Assembly (NCBI GenBank): GCA_015075445.1
Contig: JABTUJ010000001.1
Span: 167,059 to 231,058 of the forward strand
Direction of reading: 5' to 3'
Length of the DNA stretch: 64,000 nucleotides
Origin: Verrucomicrobiales bacterium
GTDB lineage: Bacteria > Verrucomicrobiota > Verrucomicrobiia > Limisphaerales > J093
Below are positions 33,059 through 42,824 of the stretch, one piece after another. Below the pieces are notes generated by a model, which was given only the letters and a program-made list of their open reading frames with translations, was not told where the DNA came from and did no database searches. The position numbers and the translations under genes are program-made. Position 1 is the first letter of the stretch. The number at the start of each line of letters is the position of its first letter.

Positions 33059-35803
33059 ATGAAGATCAACAAGATTCGTTGTGCTAACGGCCTCCTGGCC
33101 GCGGCCTTGCTGGCCGCCACCACGCAGGCCACGGTCGTCACGGTTTCCTACTACCGCCTCGGCGAAGCCGACCCGGGCGCCGTCGCGGGTCAACCGGTCG
33201 GTGAGACCACCGTCGATTCCGGAGGCAGCGCCAACCTTACCCGCGTCGGCGAGGTCGCCCCCGTGTACGCGAGCGATACGGGCGTCTCGGGGAGTACGCT
33301 GTCGGCCGAAGTGGCCCGCGGCGGCTTTGTGCGGGACACACCGGTCGCGACGCTGGCGGACAACTGGGGCATTGAGGCCTGGGTCCTGGCCGATTCTGCC
33401 GAGGGAACCAGTGCTTTGGTCTATAACGGGAACTCGGGCAACAGCGGCATGGGACTCTACAAGTACGGAGGCGGGTTCATCGGGTTGCTGGGCGGAGTCG
33501 CTTTCGTGGGTAATGAGCCCATCAATCCGGGTGTCTGGACACACGTCGCCATCGTGGTCGCCAATGGGCAAACCACTTTCTACGCCAACGGCATGCCGCT
33601 GGCGACCGCCGGCGCACCGCGGGTGCCCGCCGGGACCTTCAACGTGGGGATTCGCCCGGACCTGGGCGAGGCCTTCCAAGGCCGGATCGACGAGGTGCGG
33701 GTCTTTAGCTTCGAGCCGGACCAATTCACCACGGAGGATCTCCTGCTCGCGCAAGTGCCTCCCCCGACGCAACCGCCTGTCCTGGTCAGCGGCCCGACAG
33801 CGAATCCCGGCAACCCGGTCGTGGCCGGCGACAACCTCACGCTGAGCGTCGTCGCGGCCGGTACGCCCCCGCTGTCCTACCAGTGGCGGAAGGGTGGAAC
33901 GGCGATCCCCGATGCCACCGGTTCCACGCTCTCGTTCAGCCCGGTCACCGTTGAGAATGCGGGCGAGTACAGCGTGGTCATCACCAGCCCTTACGGGACG
34001 GCGACCAGTCCCGCGATCAACGTCACCGTGTTGCCCCCGGGTTCCCCGGGTGTGGTGGCGACGGCCTACTATCGTCTGGGTGAGAACGATCCCGGCGCGG
34101 TCGCCGGGCAAGCCGCGGGCCTGACGACCCGGGATGCCGAGGGGGATCAGCATCTGACGCAGGTGGGCACTCCGCCGCTCTATTCAGCGGACACCGGGGT
34201 GACAGGCAGCACGCTCGCGATGGCCGTCGAGTATGGCGGGTACACGCTGGAGACACCGCTGATCACCGCCAATGACCACTGGGGTCTCGAGGCCTGGGTC
34301 AAGACCGACTACACCGAAGAGAACCACTGCCTCGTGTACAACGGCAACTCGTCCAACAGCGGCATGGGGATCTACCAACTGGGCATCAACTTCGCCGGCC
34401 TGGCCGGCGGGGTCGCCGTCGTGGGCGGATCCCCCGTGACGCCCGGAGTCTGGACGCACCTGGCCCTCGTCGTCACCGGCGGCACGACCACCTTCTACGT
34501 CAACGGCGTCGCCACCGGGACCGGCGGCCGGCCCAACGCGCCCACGTCCGAAGGGAGCGGGTTTTTCGTGGGCATGAAGCCGGATTTCAGCGAGCCGTTC
34601 TTCGGTCTGATCGACGAAGTCCGCGTGTTCACCGTGTTGCCTGGTCACTTTTCGGCGGGCGACCTGCTGCTGTCGCGCGTGCCGCCGGATGCCCTGCCGC
34701 CCTTCGTGGTGAGCGGTCCGACGGCTAACCCGGGCAACCGGCTCCTGGCGGGCAGCACCGTGACCCTCCGTATCGTGGCGGGCGGCACCATCCCCCTGGA
34801 GTTTCAGTGGCGCAAAGGCGGGGTGAACCTGCCGGGCGCCACAGCGGACACGCTGGTGTTGAGCAACGTCACCCCGGCCGACAGCGGGGCCTACGATGTG
34901 ACGGTGAAGAATGCCTACGGTTCGCTGACGAGCGATGCCACCGAGGTGACTGTGCTCCCGCCGGGTACCCCCACGGTTGAAACAGTGGCCTATTACCGGC
35001 TGGGTGAAGCGGACGAAGGCGCGGCCGCCGGCAATCCGTCCGGCGAAACGACCACCGACACCGCGGGTCTGCAGAACCTGACCCTGACCGGTTGGGCGCC
35101 GACGTATGCCGCGGAGACCGGTGTCACCGGCAGCACGTTGTGTCTGGCGGTGGACGGGGGCGGGTACCGCCATGACAGCCCGCTGTTCGAGGATGCTGAC
35201 AACTGGGGCGTCGAGGCCTGGGTGCTGAGCGAAACCACGAGCGAGAACCGCGCCATCGTCTACCACGGCAACTCGAGCAACAGCGGCATGGGCATCTACC
35301 AGATCGGCGATCGGTACCAGGGCCTGATCGGCGGCGTCGCGTTCGTCGGCGGGACCCCCATTGTCGTCGGCGAATGGGTGCACCTGGCGCTCGTCGTGGA
35401 AAACGGCGCCACCACCTTCTACGTGAATGGCACCCCCAGCGGCACCCCCGCGGGACGCCCCAATCCGCCCACGTCCGCCGAAAGCGCGTTCAGCCTCGGA
35501 CTCAAGAACGACGGCGTCGAGACGTTCAGCGGTCGCGTGGATGAAGTCCGCGTCTTCCGCGTCGGCTTCCCGGGGCACTTCTCGCCGAGTGAGCTGCTGC
35601 TGACGCGTGTGCCGCCGAGTGCCGCACCGCCGTCCCTCATGTTGAGCCGCACGGCGCAAGGCGTGGTGATCACGTGGACCGCCGGCGACCTCCAGCAGGC
35701 TGACGCCGTGAATGGCCCCTGGACGCCGGTGGCGGGCGCCACGTCGCCCTGGACCCTGACGCCCACCGGCGCAGGCCGGTTCTTCCGCGCGGTCGTGCCT
35801 TAG
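33059..35803 (+). CDS. secreted protein with three tandem LamG (concanavalin-like) + Ig-like repeat modules
   Basis: Signal MKINKIRCANGLLAAALLAATTQA. Three roughly 306-aa repeats, each starting (V)xYYRLGE(A/N)D(P/E)GA(V/A)AG at about 33146, 34064 and 34988. LamG-like WTHVAIVV...TTFYANG...GRIDEVRVF, followed by Ig-like LSYQWRKGG...AGEYSVVITSPYGTATS. Confidence 0.75.
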   Translation: MKINKIRCANGLLAAALLAATTQATVVTVSYYRLGEADPGAVAGQPVGETTVDSGGSANLTRVGEVAPVYASDTGVSGSTLSAEVARGGFVRDTPVATLADNWGIEAWVLADSAEGTSALVYNGNSGNSGMGLYKYGGGFIGLLGGVAFVGNEPINPGVWTHVAIVVANGQTTFYANGMPLATAGAPRVPAGTFNVGIRPDLGEAFQGRIDEVRVFSFEPDQFTTEDLLLAQVPPPTQPPVLVSGPTANPGNPVVAGDNLTLSVVAAGTPPLSYQWRKGGTAIPDATGSTLSFSPVTVENAGEYSVVITSPYGTATSPAINVTVLPPGSPGVVATAYYRLGENDPGAVAGQAAGLTTRDAEGDQHLTQVGTPPLYSADTGVTGSTLAMAVEYGGYTLETPLITANDHWGLEAWVKTDYTEENHCLVYNGNSSNSGMGIYQLGINFAGLAGGVAVVGGSPVTPGVWTHLALVVTGGTTTFYVNGVATGTGGRPNAPTSEGSGFFVGMKPDFSEPFFGLIDEVRVFTVLPGHFSAGDLLLSRVPPDALPPFVVSGPTANPGNRLLAGSTVTLRIVAGGTIPLEFQWRKGGVNLPGATADTLVLSNVTPADSGAYDVTVKNAYGSLTSDATEVTVLPPGTPTVETVAYYRLGEADEGAAAGNPSGETTTDTAGLQNLTLTGWAPTYAAETGVTGSTLCLAVDGGGYRHDSPLFEDADNWGVEAWVLSETTSENRAIVYHGNSSNSGMGIYQIGDRYQGLIGGVAFVGGTPIVVGEWVHLALVVENGATTFYVNGTPSGTPAGRPNPPTSAESAFSLGLKNDGVETFSGRVDEVRVFRVGFPGHFSPSELLLTRVPPSAAPPSLMLSRTAQGVVITWTAGDLQQADAVNGPWTPVAGATSPWTLTPTGAGRFFRAVVP

Positions 35804-35821
35804 CCCGGAGATCTCATCCGC

Positions 35822-35963
35822 GCTGTAGGCGCCGACGTGAGGAGGCGGGGGGCGTGAGTCTCGTCACCTCGTCTCCTACAGGCGGGGAGGTAGGCGCCGA
35901 CGTGAGGAGGCGTGGCTGCTCAGAAGCAACGCCCACCTCGCCTCCTCACGTCGGCGCCTACGG
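35822..35963. repeat. mixed REP-like array (type A x2 direct, type B x1, type A inverted x1)
   Basis: TGTAGGCGCCGACGTGAGGAGGCG 35824-35847. GTGAGTCTCGTCACCTCGTCTCCTACAGG 35853-35881. GTAGGCGCCGACGTGAGGAGGCG 35890-35912. CGCCTCCTCACGTCGGCGCCTAC 35939-35961. Confidence 0.9.
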
Positions 35964-36070
35964 TCTGGGCGCGGTTTCATGCCGACCGGGAGATGTCCGG
36001 GGTAGGGGAAGCGTACCCATCGCTTGCACGAACTCCTCGACGCGGGCCGCGCACGGCGTAGGCTCTGGCC

Positions 36071-36274
36071 GTGCCTAAAAAAAAACGGATCGAGCAGGTG
36101 TACCAACGCCTGCAGTCCGTGCGCGGCCTGAGCGTCGACGAAAAGTGGCTGTTCGCCCGGTCGCTGAATGCGACGGCGGACGAGCGCTGGCAGATCCACG
36201 AGAACTTTCTCCGCTCGCACGGCTTGTACACGCGCTCCGCGAGGCGGGCCTACGGTTTCAGGTCGTTGGAATGA
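36071..36274 (+). CDS. small hypothetical protein overlapping the NTase 5' end, locus 2
   Basis: 67-aa ORF with a GTG start. ...VDEKWLFARSLNATADERWQIHENFLRSHGL is paralogous to the locus-1 small ORF. The last roughly 15 codons (YTRSARRAYGFRSLE) overlap the NTase frame. Confidence 0.4.
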   Translation: MPKKKRIEQVYQRLQSVRGLSVDEKWLFARSLNATADERWQIHENFLRSHGLYTRSARRAYGFRSLE

Positions 36275-36690
36275 GCGCGGCGATCCTGCAGGGGGTTCCC
36301 GCAACCACGCTGGACACGGATCTCTGGATTGACCTTCCCCCACGACAGTACATCCGCGTGCTCAACCTGTGTGTCGGCCTGGGGGCAATCATCCGTGCCA
36401 ACACCGTGGTGGAACTGACCGATGGAGCCCAGGTCAACTTCCTCTACGAGGTTCACGGGTTGCGAGGCTTCCAGGCCGAGTACCGGAATGCCCGACGCCT
36501 CCGTTGGCTGGGCATGTGGGTACGCGTCCTGCCCCTGGAACGGATCCTCGCGAGCAAGCGACACGTGGGGCGGCCCAAGGACCTGGCGCATCTGCCTCTG
36601 ATTGAGCAGACGATCCGCCTGCGGCGCCGGTTGGGCCGCCGGGACACGAAACGCCGGTCCTTTCCTCATGCGTCAACACTGGGGCGCGGT
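36145..36690 (+). CDS. nucleotidyltransferase-fold protein, locus 2 (3' end undefined)
   Basis: LARLVHALREAGLRFQVVGMSAAILQGVPATTLDTDLWIDLP...ILASKRHVGRPKDLAHLPLIEQ is an NTase signature paralogous to 15497-16318. The frame stays open to 37857 only as an antisense shadow of the large minus-strand gene, so the end coordinate is approximate. Confidence 0.45.
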
Positions 36691-39516
36691 AAAGCCGGCT
36701 GCGAACGCTGCTGGCGGATCTCTGAAGTCCAGTGCCATCGCGTCGGCCGCGCGCACTTCGCCGAGCGGTTGCCAGTCCCCGGGCCCCAAGGCGTCCGTGA
36801 ACTCGACGCGGTACGCCCGGCCTGTCTGGGTGCGAACCGTCAACCGGACGCTGCCCGAGGGCAGGAGATGGATCGCCGTGAACTCGGGTGGCGCCGGCGG
36901 TTGTCCCGTGTTGGCTCCGCGCGGCGTGGGAGTAGGCAGAGTCTGGAGGGTCGCGGCACCATCCGGCAGGCGGCCCTGACTGACGTTCTCGCTTTGCGGG
37001 CCAAATGTCACCAGGTCGGCCAGACTGCCGTCCGGCCGGGTGAGCGCGATGGCTTCGCCGTCCTGGCTGAGCCGGAAGTTTACGTGAAGGTCGGCGCGGT
37101 CCGGCCGGTTTTGGCCGGTTTCCTCGTCCGCCCAGACCAGGAGGAAGCCCCGTGCCGGGACGACATAGCCGGCCGGGATCCGATACTTGAAGGGCCGGCT
37201 GGGGTCGTCGCTCAGCCCCCAATCCTGCAGGGACACGTCGCGTGCCTCCGGGTTGTACAGCTCGAACCAGTCCTGGTAGCGGTTGTCGGCCGGGTCAGCG
37301 ATGCCGCTGGCGAAGGTATTGGCTGCCATCCATTCGTTGATCCACACGATCGCCGGCGGCGGCGGAGTTTGGTTGGAGCTACCTGGCGTGGGCGCGGCGA
37401 GGAGACGCCGCCCATAAGGCTCGCCGTCCGGCAGGCTCCCGTAGCTCTGATTGGGGGCGAGGGAATCGTAGTGAAGGTAGTCAAGGACCTCGGCGCCCTG
37501 CGCGCCCGGGCGAAACAACACCACGCTGCCCGCCGCCCCGCCGAGTCGGAAGTCCGTGTGCAGTTCAGATGCCGACGACTCCCCGGGTTCGCCGTCCGCC
37601 CAGATCAGCAAGTAACCCCCCGGCTCGATCGTGGTCTCCGGGGGAAACGCCCACGGCTGAAGCGGAGGAATGGTGGCCGCCAGGAAAAGACCCGCGAGGT
37701 TCACCGGATCAGGGCCGGCGTTGAACAGCTCGATCCAGGGCTCGCGTTCGCCCGCGCGGTCGGTCGGCCCGGTCAGGTTGCGCGACTGGATTTCGTTGAG
37801 CCAGACCGGAGGAAACGGCGGCAGTTCCCGCGCGACCGTGTTCGCCATCCCGGGTGAGTAAGGGCCGGAGGCCGGTGGGGACGGGTCGACGGTGACCGTG
37901 ATGCCCCGGCCCGACAGGCGGGCGGTGAACGGTCCGCCGTTGGTGCTCTGGCGGTACCAGAAGCTGAGCGTGTAGGGCTGCCCCTGGACGAGTGCCGGCG
38001 ACAGTTCCTGGTAGATCGCACTGGCGCGCGTGGTGCCCCCGCTGCTGGCGACCAGATGCAGGCTGGCGTTGCCGCTCCGCTTGATGGTGTTGCTCAAGGT
38101 GGAAGCGGCGTGGTTCGGCGAAACCACCCACGGACCGCTCAGCGGGGCTTCGAAGTCCCCGTTCCGTACCGCGTTGACCCCTGCCTCGGCGACCGTTCCC
38201 GGCACCAGCCAAAGGTCATCCAGATAAAGGTCACCGGCTGATTCGAGGTACAGGTACAGACTCGAACTCGACCCCGTGCCCTGGACGATCACCTGCACCC
38301 AACGCGGCTCGACCTCCTGGCCCGGTTCGGCCGCGGCCCAGTTGGCGACGCGCCGGTTGTCTTGCCCCGGATCGATCAACTGCAGCGACGGTCCGAGGCC
38401 ATCGGCCGCCAACGGCCACGGCAACCGGTTCTCGTACCCGACCTGGTTCACGACGGTCGCTTCGCCCGCGTCGGGGCCAGGTCGCAACAACGTGAGCACC
38501 TCGCCGTCGTGGCGGAGGTTGCCGGGGTACACTGCCCACGGCAGGGGCGCCCCGGTGCCGTAGGCGTCGGCAAAGCCGAGCCGGTCGCCCGCCAGCAACA
38601 GGTACTGACCGGCCCCCAGGCTGGTCCCGGGCGGGAACGTGAACCCGAGTCCATCCACCCGCCAGCCGGACAGGTCATGGGCCGTGTTGAGTGAGCGGTT
38701 GAACAGCTCGACAAACGAAGCGTTGGCGGCGGCCGGGTGGTACATGATTTCGTTGAACACCACTTCGCCCTCGGGCACGACAGCCGGCCCGGTGTACACG
38801 ACCGTCCGTGTGGCAACGGCGTCCGCGAGCGGCCGACCGCGCCCGTCGAAACCGGCCAGCTCGAGCATGTTCGTGGCCCCGGCCACCGGCAACTGCAGCG
38901 TCCATTGGTGGATCGAGCTCCAGGACAGCGGCCAGGCGACGCCGTTCACGCGCAGCGTGTGCAGCGTCACCGGGGCCGTGCCGGTGAGGGTGACCAGGTT
39001 GGCGGCCGTGGTGACCTGGGCGGGCCCGAGGACCGTAAAGGGTGCGTTGCCGCCGGCGGCGTTGATGGTCGCGACCGCGTGGTTGCCGCGCTGGCGGATG
39101 TACTCGGTGATCGACGCGAAGTTCTGTTCGGGCACGAACCGGTTGTAGTGCGTGATCCACGGCCCCATGTACGCCGGGTTGAAGCCGACCTCGATCAAGT
39201 CGAGCACGTGCGCGTAGAAGCGCCGCAGGTTCGCCGGGAGATTGAAGACGCGCGTCAGGTTGCGGTCGCCCAACAGACCGGACGTCGCGCCGCGCACAAA
39301 CGAGAAATCCATGTCGACGGGAAAGGGCACGAACCGCCCGTCCTCGGGGCGCAGGTAGATGAACAGGTTGTGGTCGTTGCCGAAGGTGTAGCTGTCGCCG
39401 ACGCCACAGAGGCTGACCAGGGCCCAGGCGCGCGTCCAGGCCTCGAGATCCATGACGTGGCGGGTCTGTGGCTCGAGCGTCGGGCCGCCCAAACCGAGCG
39501 CCCGCGCGAACCGCAT
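36673..39516 (-). CDS. C-terminal segment: CotH kinase-family C-terminal half + multiple lamin-tail domains
   Basis: WALVSLCGVGDSYTFGNDHNLFIYLRPEDGRFVPFPVDMDFSF is a CotH C-terminal motif. Followed by LTDs (VVFNEIMYHPAAANASFVELFNRS...SGWRVDG, VWLNEIQS...WIELFN, VWINEWMA...WFELYN). The frame is open upstream of the listed Met. Confidence 0.7.
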   Translation of the reverse strand: MRFARALGLGGPTLEPQTRHVMDLEAWTRAWALVSLCGVGDSYTFGNDHNLFIYLRPEDGRFVPFPVDMDFSFVRGATSGLLGDRNLTRVFNLPANLRRFYAHVLDLIEVGFNPAYMGPWITHYNRFVPEQNFASITEYIRQRGNHAVATINAAGGNAPFTVLGPAQVTTAANLVTLTGTAPVTLHTLRVNGVAWPLSWSSIHQWTLQLPVAGATNMLELAGFDGRGRPLADAVATRTVVYTGPAVVPEGEVVFNEIMYHPAAANASFVELFNRSLNTAHDLSGWRVDGLGFTFPPGTSLGAGQYLLLAGDRLGFADAYGTGAPLPWAVYPGNLRHDGEVLTLLRPGPDAGEATVVNQVGYENRLPWPLAADGLGPSLQLIDPGQDNRRVANWAAAEPGQEVEPRWVQVIVQGTGSSSSLYLYLESAGDLYLDDLWLVPGTVAEAGVNAVRNGDFEAPLSGPWVVSPNHAASTLSNTIKRSGNASLHLVASSGGTTRASAIYQELSPALVQGQPYTLSFWYRQSTNGGPFTARLSGRGITVTVDPSPPASGPYSPGMANTVARELPPFPPVWLNEIQSRNLTGPTDRAGEREPWIELFNAGPDPVNLAGLFLAATIPPLQPWAFPPETTIEPGGYLLIWADGEPGESSASELHTDFRLGGAAGSVVLFRPGAQGAEVLDYLHYDSLAPNQSYGSLPDGEPYGRRLLAAPTPGSSNQTPPPPAIVWINEWMAANTFASGIADPADNRYQDWFELYNPEARDVSLQDWGLSDDPSRPFKYRIPAGYVVPARGFLLVWADEETGQNRPDRADLHVNFRLSQDGEAIALTRPDGSLADLVTFGPQSENVSQGRLPDGAATLQTLPTPTPRGANTGQPPAPPEFTAIHLLPSGSVRLTVRTQTGRAYRVEFTDALGPGDWQPLGEVRAADAMALDFRDPPAAFAAGFTAPQC

Positions 39517-40207
39517 CAGCGGGCGATAGTCGTCCGCGTCGCGGTGGTTCTTGATCAGGAAGTTGTAGCGGTACAGCTCCGGGTCCTCGCCGGATCCTGG
39601 AAGTCGCGGACGTTGATCCGGCTGCGGCTGGCGATGGGCGGCGTTCGCCCGGTGGTGGGATGGTGGATGAAATCCGGGCTCAAAGGCGTGCCCTCGCCGC
39701 CGTTCGCGTGAATGGGTTTCGGGGAACTCGTCCTCATGACGGGGACGGGACCGACTCCAGTGGCTGGCTCCGCGGGGCGATCACGCTTGCACGGGTCCAC
39801 GGGCGGACCGGGTTGCCGCCCGCCCAGTTGAGGTGTTTGATGGGTTTCAGGGCTGCTTGTTGCTCCGGTATCATGGACGCCGGACGGTCGATGGGCATCA
39901 CGGGATGCGTCATGGACCGGTCGATCGGGCGGAGGGTGGTCAGACTCACGCGGGTGTCACTAACAACGGCCTCGTTGGCTTGCTTGTGGTCATGAGGCCC
40001 GTCGTGATGGGCCCGCCATCGTTGTAGATGACCGTCGCTGAGGGCCTTCGGTGCTCATCACGTTAGTGAACGCGTGCGGCAGATCACGCGCGGTTGGCTT
40101 CGGCGGCGTCATCAAGACCGCAGGGTTGGCCAGCCGCGCGCCGTCGAACCTATGGTTGTCGGGCGACGCGCCCCCGCGGTGGCCCCTCGACGGGAACCGG
40201 GTGGCGG

Positions 40208-42334
40208 TCAGCGCCGGGACATCCGCGGCCTCGACATGGGACGCACGATGGTTACGCCGTCGCCCGGTGGCGGCATGGCGATCAGCGTCGTTCGGTCATC
40301 GGCGTTAGCGCACCGCGGACCAGCAAGGTTTGCCGCCACGCCCTGCGGATCTGTACCGGCACCGACACGGTCGGGCGCCGATTTCGGCGTGTGCTGCGGG
40401 CGGCCGTCCGGGCCGAGTTGGACAAGTGAGTTAGCGCCGGGCGTGTCTTCATGAACCAAACTCAACTTGCAGCGTGCCCAGGCCACCCGGTTGAGTAAGA
40501 GGCGGGTGTTGAGCCGGGGATTGCCCGTCAGCCAACGGGCCCGGAAGGAGATCTCGTACTCCCGCCCGTTCACCACGCTCCGCCCGTTGCGCAGCGTGGT
40601 TTCAAGGTGATTGTGCATGTGCTCCTGCGGACCGGTGGCGACGAGATGAAGGACGTGGTTACCCGGCTGGTCCGGGTCGGCGATCACGCGGCTGTGGCGA
40701 TGGGTGCCCAGGGCCCGCCACCCGGTCATGCCGTTCTCGAAATCGCCGTTGCTTACCAGGTCGACCGGCGTGCCCGCAGGTGTTTCCACGACGCGGAGGT
40801 CATCGATCAAGCATTCGCCGGCATTGAGCAGGCCGAGGATGAAGTCGTTCCACTGCGTGGGCTGCGTGCCGGCTGGAAAACCGGCCACGCGGCGATACCT
40901 GACCGTTTCCCAGGCGGACTTGCCGGACTCGTCGCTCGCAGCCCAGGCTTCGGGACGGGCGTTGTCAGCGAATGGATCCCGGAGCTCAAGGCTGGACCCG
41001 CCGCCATCCGCTGCGGCCGGCCAGGGGCCGCGATCAAAGTAGTGCACTTCGTCGGCGGGATTGCCGGCGGCATCGCGCAGCCAGATCCGCTCACCGCGAC
41101 GGGACAGGCGCCCGGCGAAGTCGCCCACGATGTCGACTCCGGGGTATTCCGCCCGCAACGCCGCGGCGTCGCGGGCCACCACCAGGTAGCCGCCCGGCGC
41201 CAGGTGTTGTCCCACGGCAAAGCGGTACGCAATGCCGCCGCCGAACTCCCAGCCGCCCAGATCCACCACGTTCGTGCCGCGGTTGTACAACTCGATCCAC
41301 TGCGCATCCGACGGCACCGGTGCCCCGGTCGGCGCCGCCACCCGCAGCGCCGGGTGGTACATGATCTCGTGGATCACCACATCTTCGCTGAATCGGAAGC
41401 GGTTCGCCGCCCCGGGCGATGGCTCCGCCGGGCGCCACCAAGGTCCGTGCCCATCCGGGAACCGCGCCCACGGCGCCGCCTCAACGACCACGCCGTCCGC
41501 CACACGCGTCCGGTCTGGCGTATACAGAAACAGGCGGTCGCCCGGGCTCGGGCGAAACCCGAGCGTTCGTTCGTCGAGGACCTGGAACCCGCCGGCCTCG
41601 ACGCTTGTGCTTTCGGGCAGCACAAAGTCCGCGCGGGTGGCACCCGCCGCGCGCAACACCCAGCCTGCCAGCGTCACGGGCTCCGGGCCTCGATTCAACA
41701 ACTCGACCCAGAACGTTGCGTCTGCGGTCCCGCTGGTCTCGTTGAAGGCCACCGCCAACCCGGGGGCGGCCGGCCCGGGGAAGTTCTCCCGGCCGGGCGT
41801 CCCGCCGACTTCGGCGCTCGCGGCCCAATGGTCCGGTGCGGCACTTCCCCAGTCCCGGTCGAGCTTGGCCAGGGAAACCCCGGCTCCGTCCGGGGCCACG
41901 GGCCATTCGTCGCGCGTGCCGAAGCGGAGTTGGTCCATCAACCGACCGTTCGCATTGCGCAGCTCGAGCGTTCCGCCGGCGTTCGAGAGCCGGTTCGTGT
42001 ACGGGCCAAGCAGCGACGTCAGGCCGGTGGCCGCCGCCAGCGCCTCCGGGTGGATGGCCAGCACCGCGTAACTCTGCCCCGCGACGCGGGTGCCCTCCGG
42101 GAACGCGTACGCGATGTCCCCGGTCACGCGCCAGCCCGACACGTCGAGGTCCACGGCCATCTGGTTGTAGAACTCGACCCACTCCATCGCCGGCTCATTC
42201 GTGGCCGGGTGGTACATCACCTCATTGAACACCAAAGCCGTGTCGGCGTGCAGGCGGTTGGCTGGAATCCCTCCCAACACAAGCAACAGCCCGAGGCGCA
42301 GACAGGTCGTCAACCTCCCGCCAGGCCGCCGCAT
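40208..42334 (-). CDS. N-terminal segment: signal peptide + three lamin-tail domains + NGDFE carbohydrate-binding-like module
   Basis: ATG at 42334 (MRRPGGRLTTCLRLGLLLVLGG); codons upstream of it are a REP element. LTD signatures LVFNEVMYHP...EWVEFYN...SGWRV, VAFNETSG...FWVELLN and VVIHEIMYHP...QWIELYN. Then LVSNGDFENGMTGW. Confidence 0.7.
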   Translation of the reverse strand: MRRPGGRLTTCLRLGLLLVLGGIPANRLHADTALVFNEVMYHPATNEPAMEWVEFYNQMAVDLDVSGWRVTGDIAYAFPEGTRVAGQSYAVLAIHPEALAAATGLTSLLGPYTNRLSNAGGTLELRNANGRLMDQLRFGTRDEWPVAPDGAGVSLAKLDRDWGSAAPDHWAASAEVGGTPGRENFPGPAAPGLAVAFNETSGTADATFWVELLNRGPEPVTLAGWVLRAAGATRADFVLPESTSVEAGGFQVLDERTLGFRPSPGDRLFLYTPDRTRVADGVVVEAAPWARFPDGHGPWWRPAEPSPGAANRFRFSEDVVIHEIMYHPALRVAAPTGAPVPSDAQWIELYNRGTNVVDLGGWEFGGGIAYRFAVGQHLAPGGYLVVARDAAALRAEYPGVDIVGDFAGRLSRRGERIWLRDAAGNPADEVHYFDRGPWPAAADGGGSSLELRDPFADNARPEAWAASDESGKSAWETVRYRRVAGFPAGTQPTQWNDFILGLLNAGECLIDDLRVVETPAGTPVDLVSNGDFENGMTGWRALGTHRHSRVIADPDQPGNHVLHLVATGPQEHMHNHLETTLRNGRSVVNGREYEISFRARWLTGNPRLNTRLLLNRVAWARCKLSLVHEDTPGANSLVQLGPDGRPQHTPKSAPDRVGAGTDPQGVAANLAGPRCANADDRTTLIAMPPPGDGVTIVRPMSRPRMSRR

Positions 42335-42346
42335 TTCATGTCCCCC

Positions 42347-42369
42347 GTAGGCGCCGACGTCAGGAGGCG
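42347..42369. repeat. solitary REP-like element type A
   Basis: GTAGGCGCCGACGTCAGGAGGCG, immediately upstream of the LTD gene's start codon (minus strand). Confidence 0.8.
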
Positions 42370-42657
42370 TTGGGGAACAGGGCCAAGCCGAGGGACCCCG
42401 CAAACGAGACCCTCGGCTCGCCAACCTTTTCATGAAGGCGGAATAACCTGCTGACGCACTGCACATGGGCCCAGCCTAACCGGAAGGCGGCTCCGGTAAC
42501 AAACCCTCGTCGCAAAGAGGTTGGGGTCACGACGAGCTCTCCGTGAACCGCCCGGTGAGGGCACCCGGCCTGCAGCCTGTAGGCCGGGTCCCCCGACCCG
42601 GCGGGGAGGGTTCCTGGCCCTTGAGCCGATTCAAGCGACCCACGTCCCTTCCCCAAT

Positions 42658-42723
42658 CCCTGATGTTCGTATTCGGTGGAGGGACGCTTCGTCTTGGATT
42701 CTCCGCCGATTACGAACATCGGG
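42658..42723. repeat. REP-like hairpin, third sequence variant
   Basis: CCCTGATGTTCGTATTCGGTGGAG (42658-42681) versus CTCCGCCGATTACGAACATCGGG (42701-42723). About 21 bp paired with 2 mismatches. Confidence 0.75.
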
Positions 42724-42824
42724 AATTGGGCTGAGGGAGGCGCGCCTTGAACCGGGGGTGCGGGCGTCCCGCCTGCACCCTCCGTGGTTCATTGTCCCCG
42801 GACAGGTCCGCAAGGAACAGGACG

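Larger units (their letters stand above)
36673..42334 (-). pseudogene. giant LTD(x3)-CBM-like-CotH-LTD(xn) secreted protein gene, reading frame broken in the CotH core (about 39517-40440)
   Basis: ORFs 40208..42466 and 36673..39516, plus fragments 39555..39800, 39734..39949 and my translations of 39950-40210, form one colinear protein. Example: ATVIYNDGGPITTG, NVMSTEG and INVRDFQDP|GEDPELYRYNF lie in different frames. Confidence 0.6.

Noticed and set aside
36691-37857. Continuation of the 570-aa plus-strand ORF 36145..37857 as one large protein.
   Set aside because: Only the first roughly 180 codons resemble a nucleotidyltransferase-fold protein. The rest is antisense to well-supported lamin-tail-domain coding sequence and is compositionally shadow-like.
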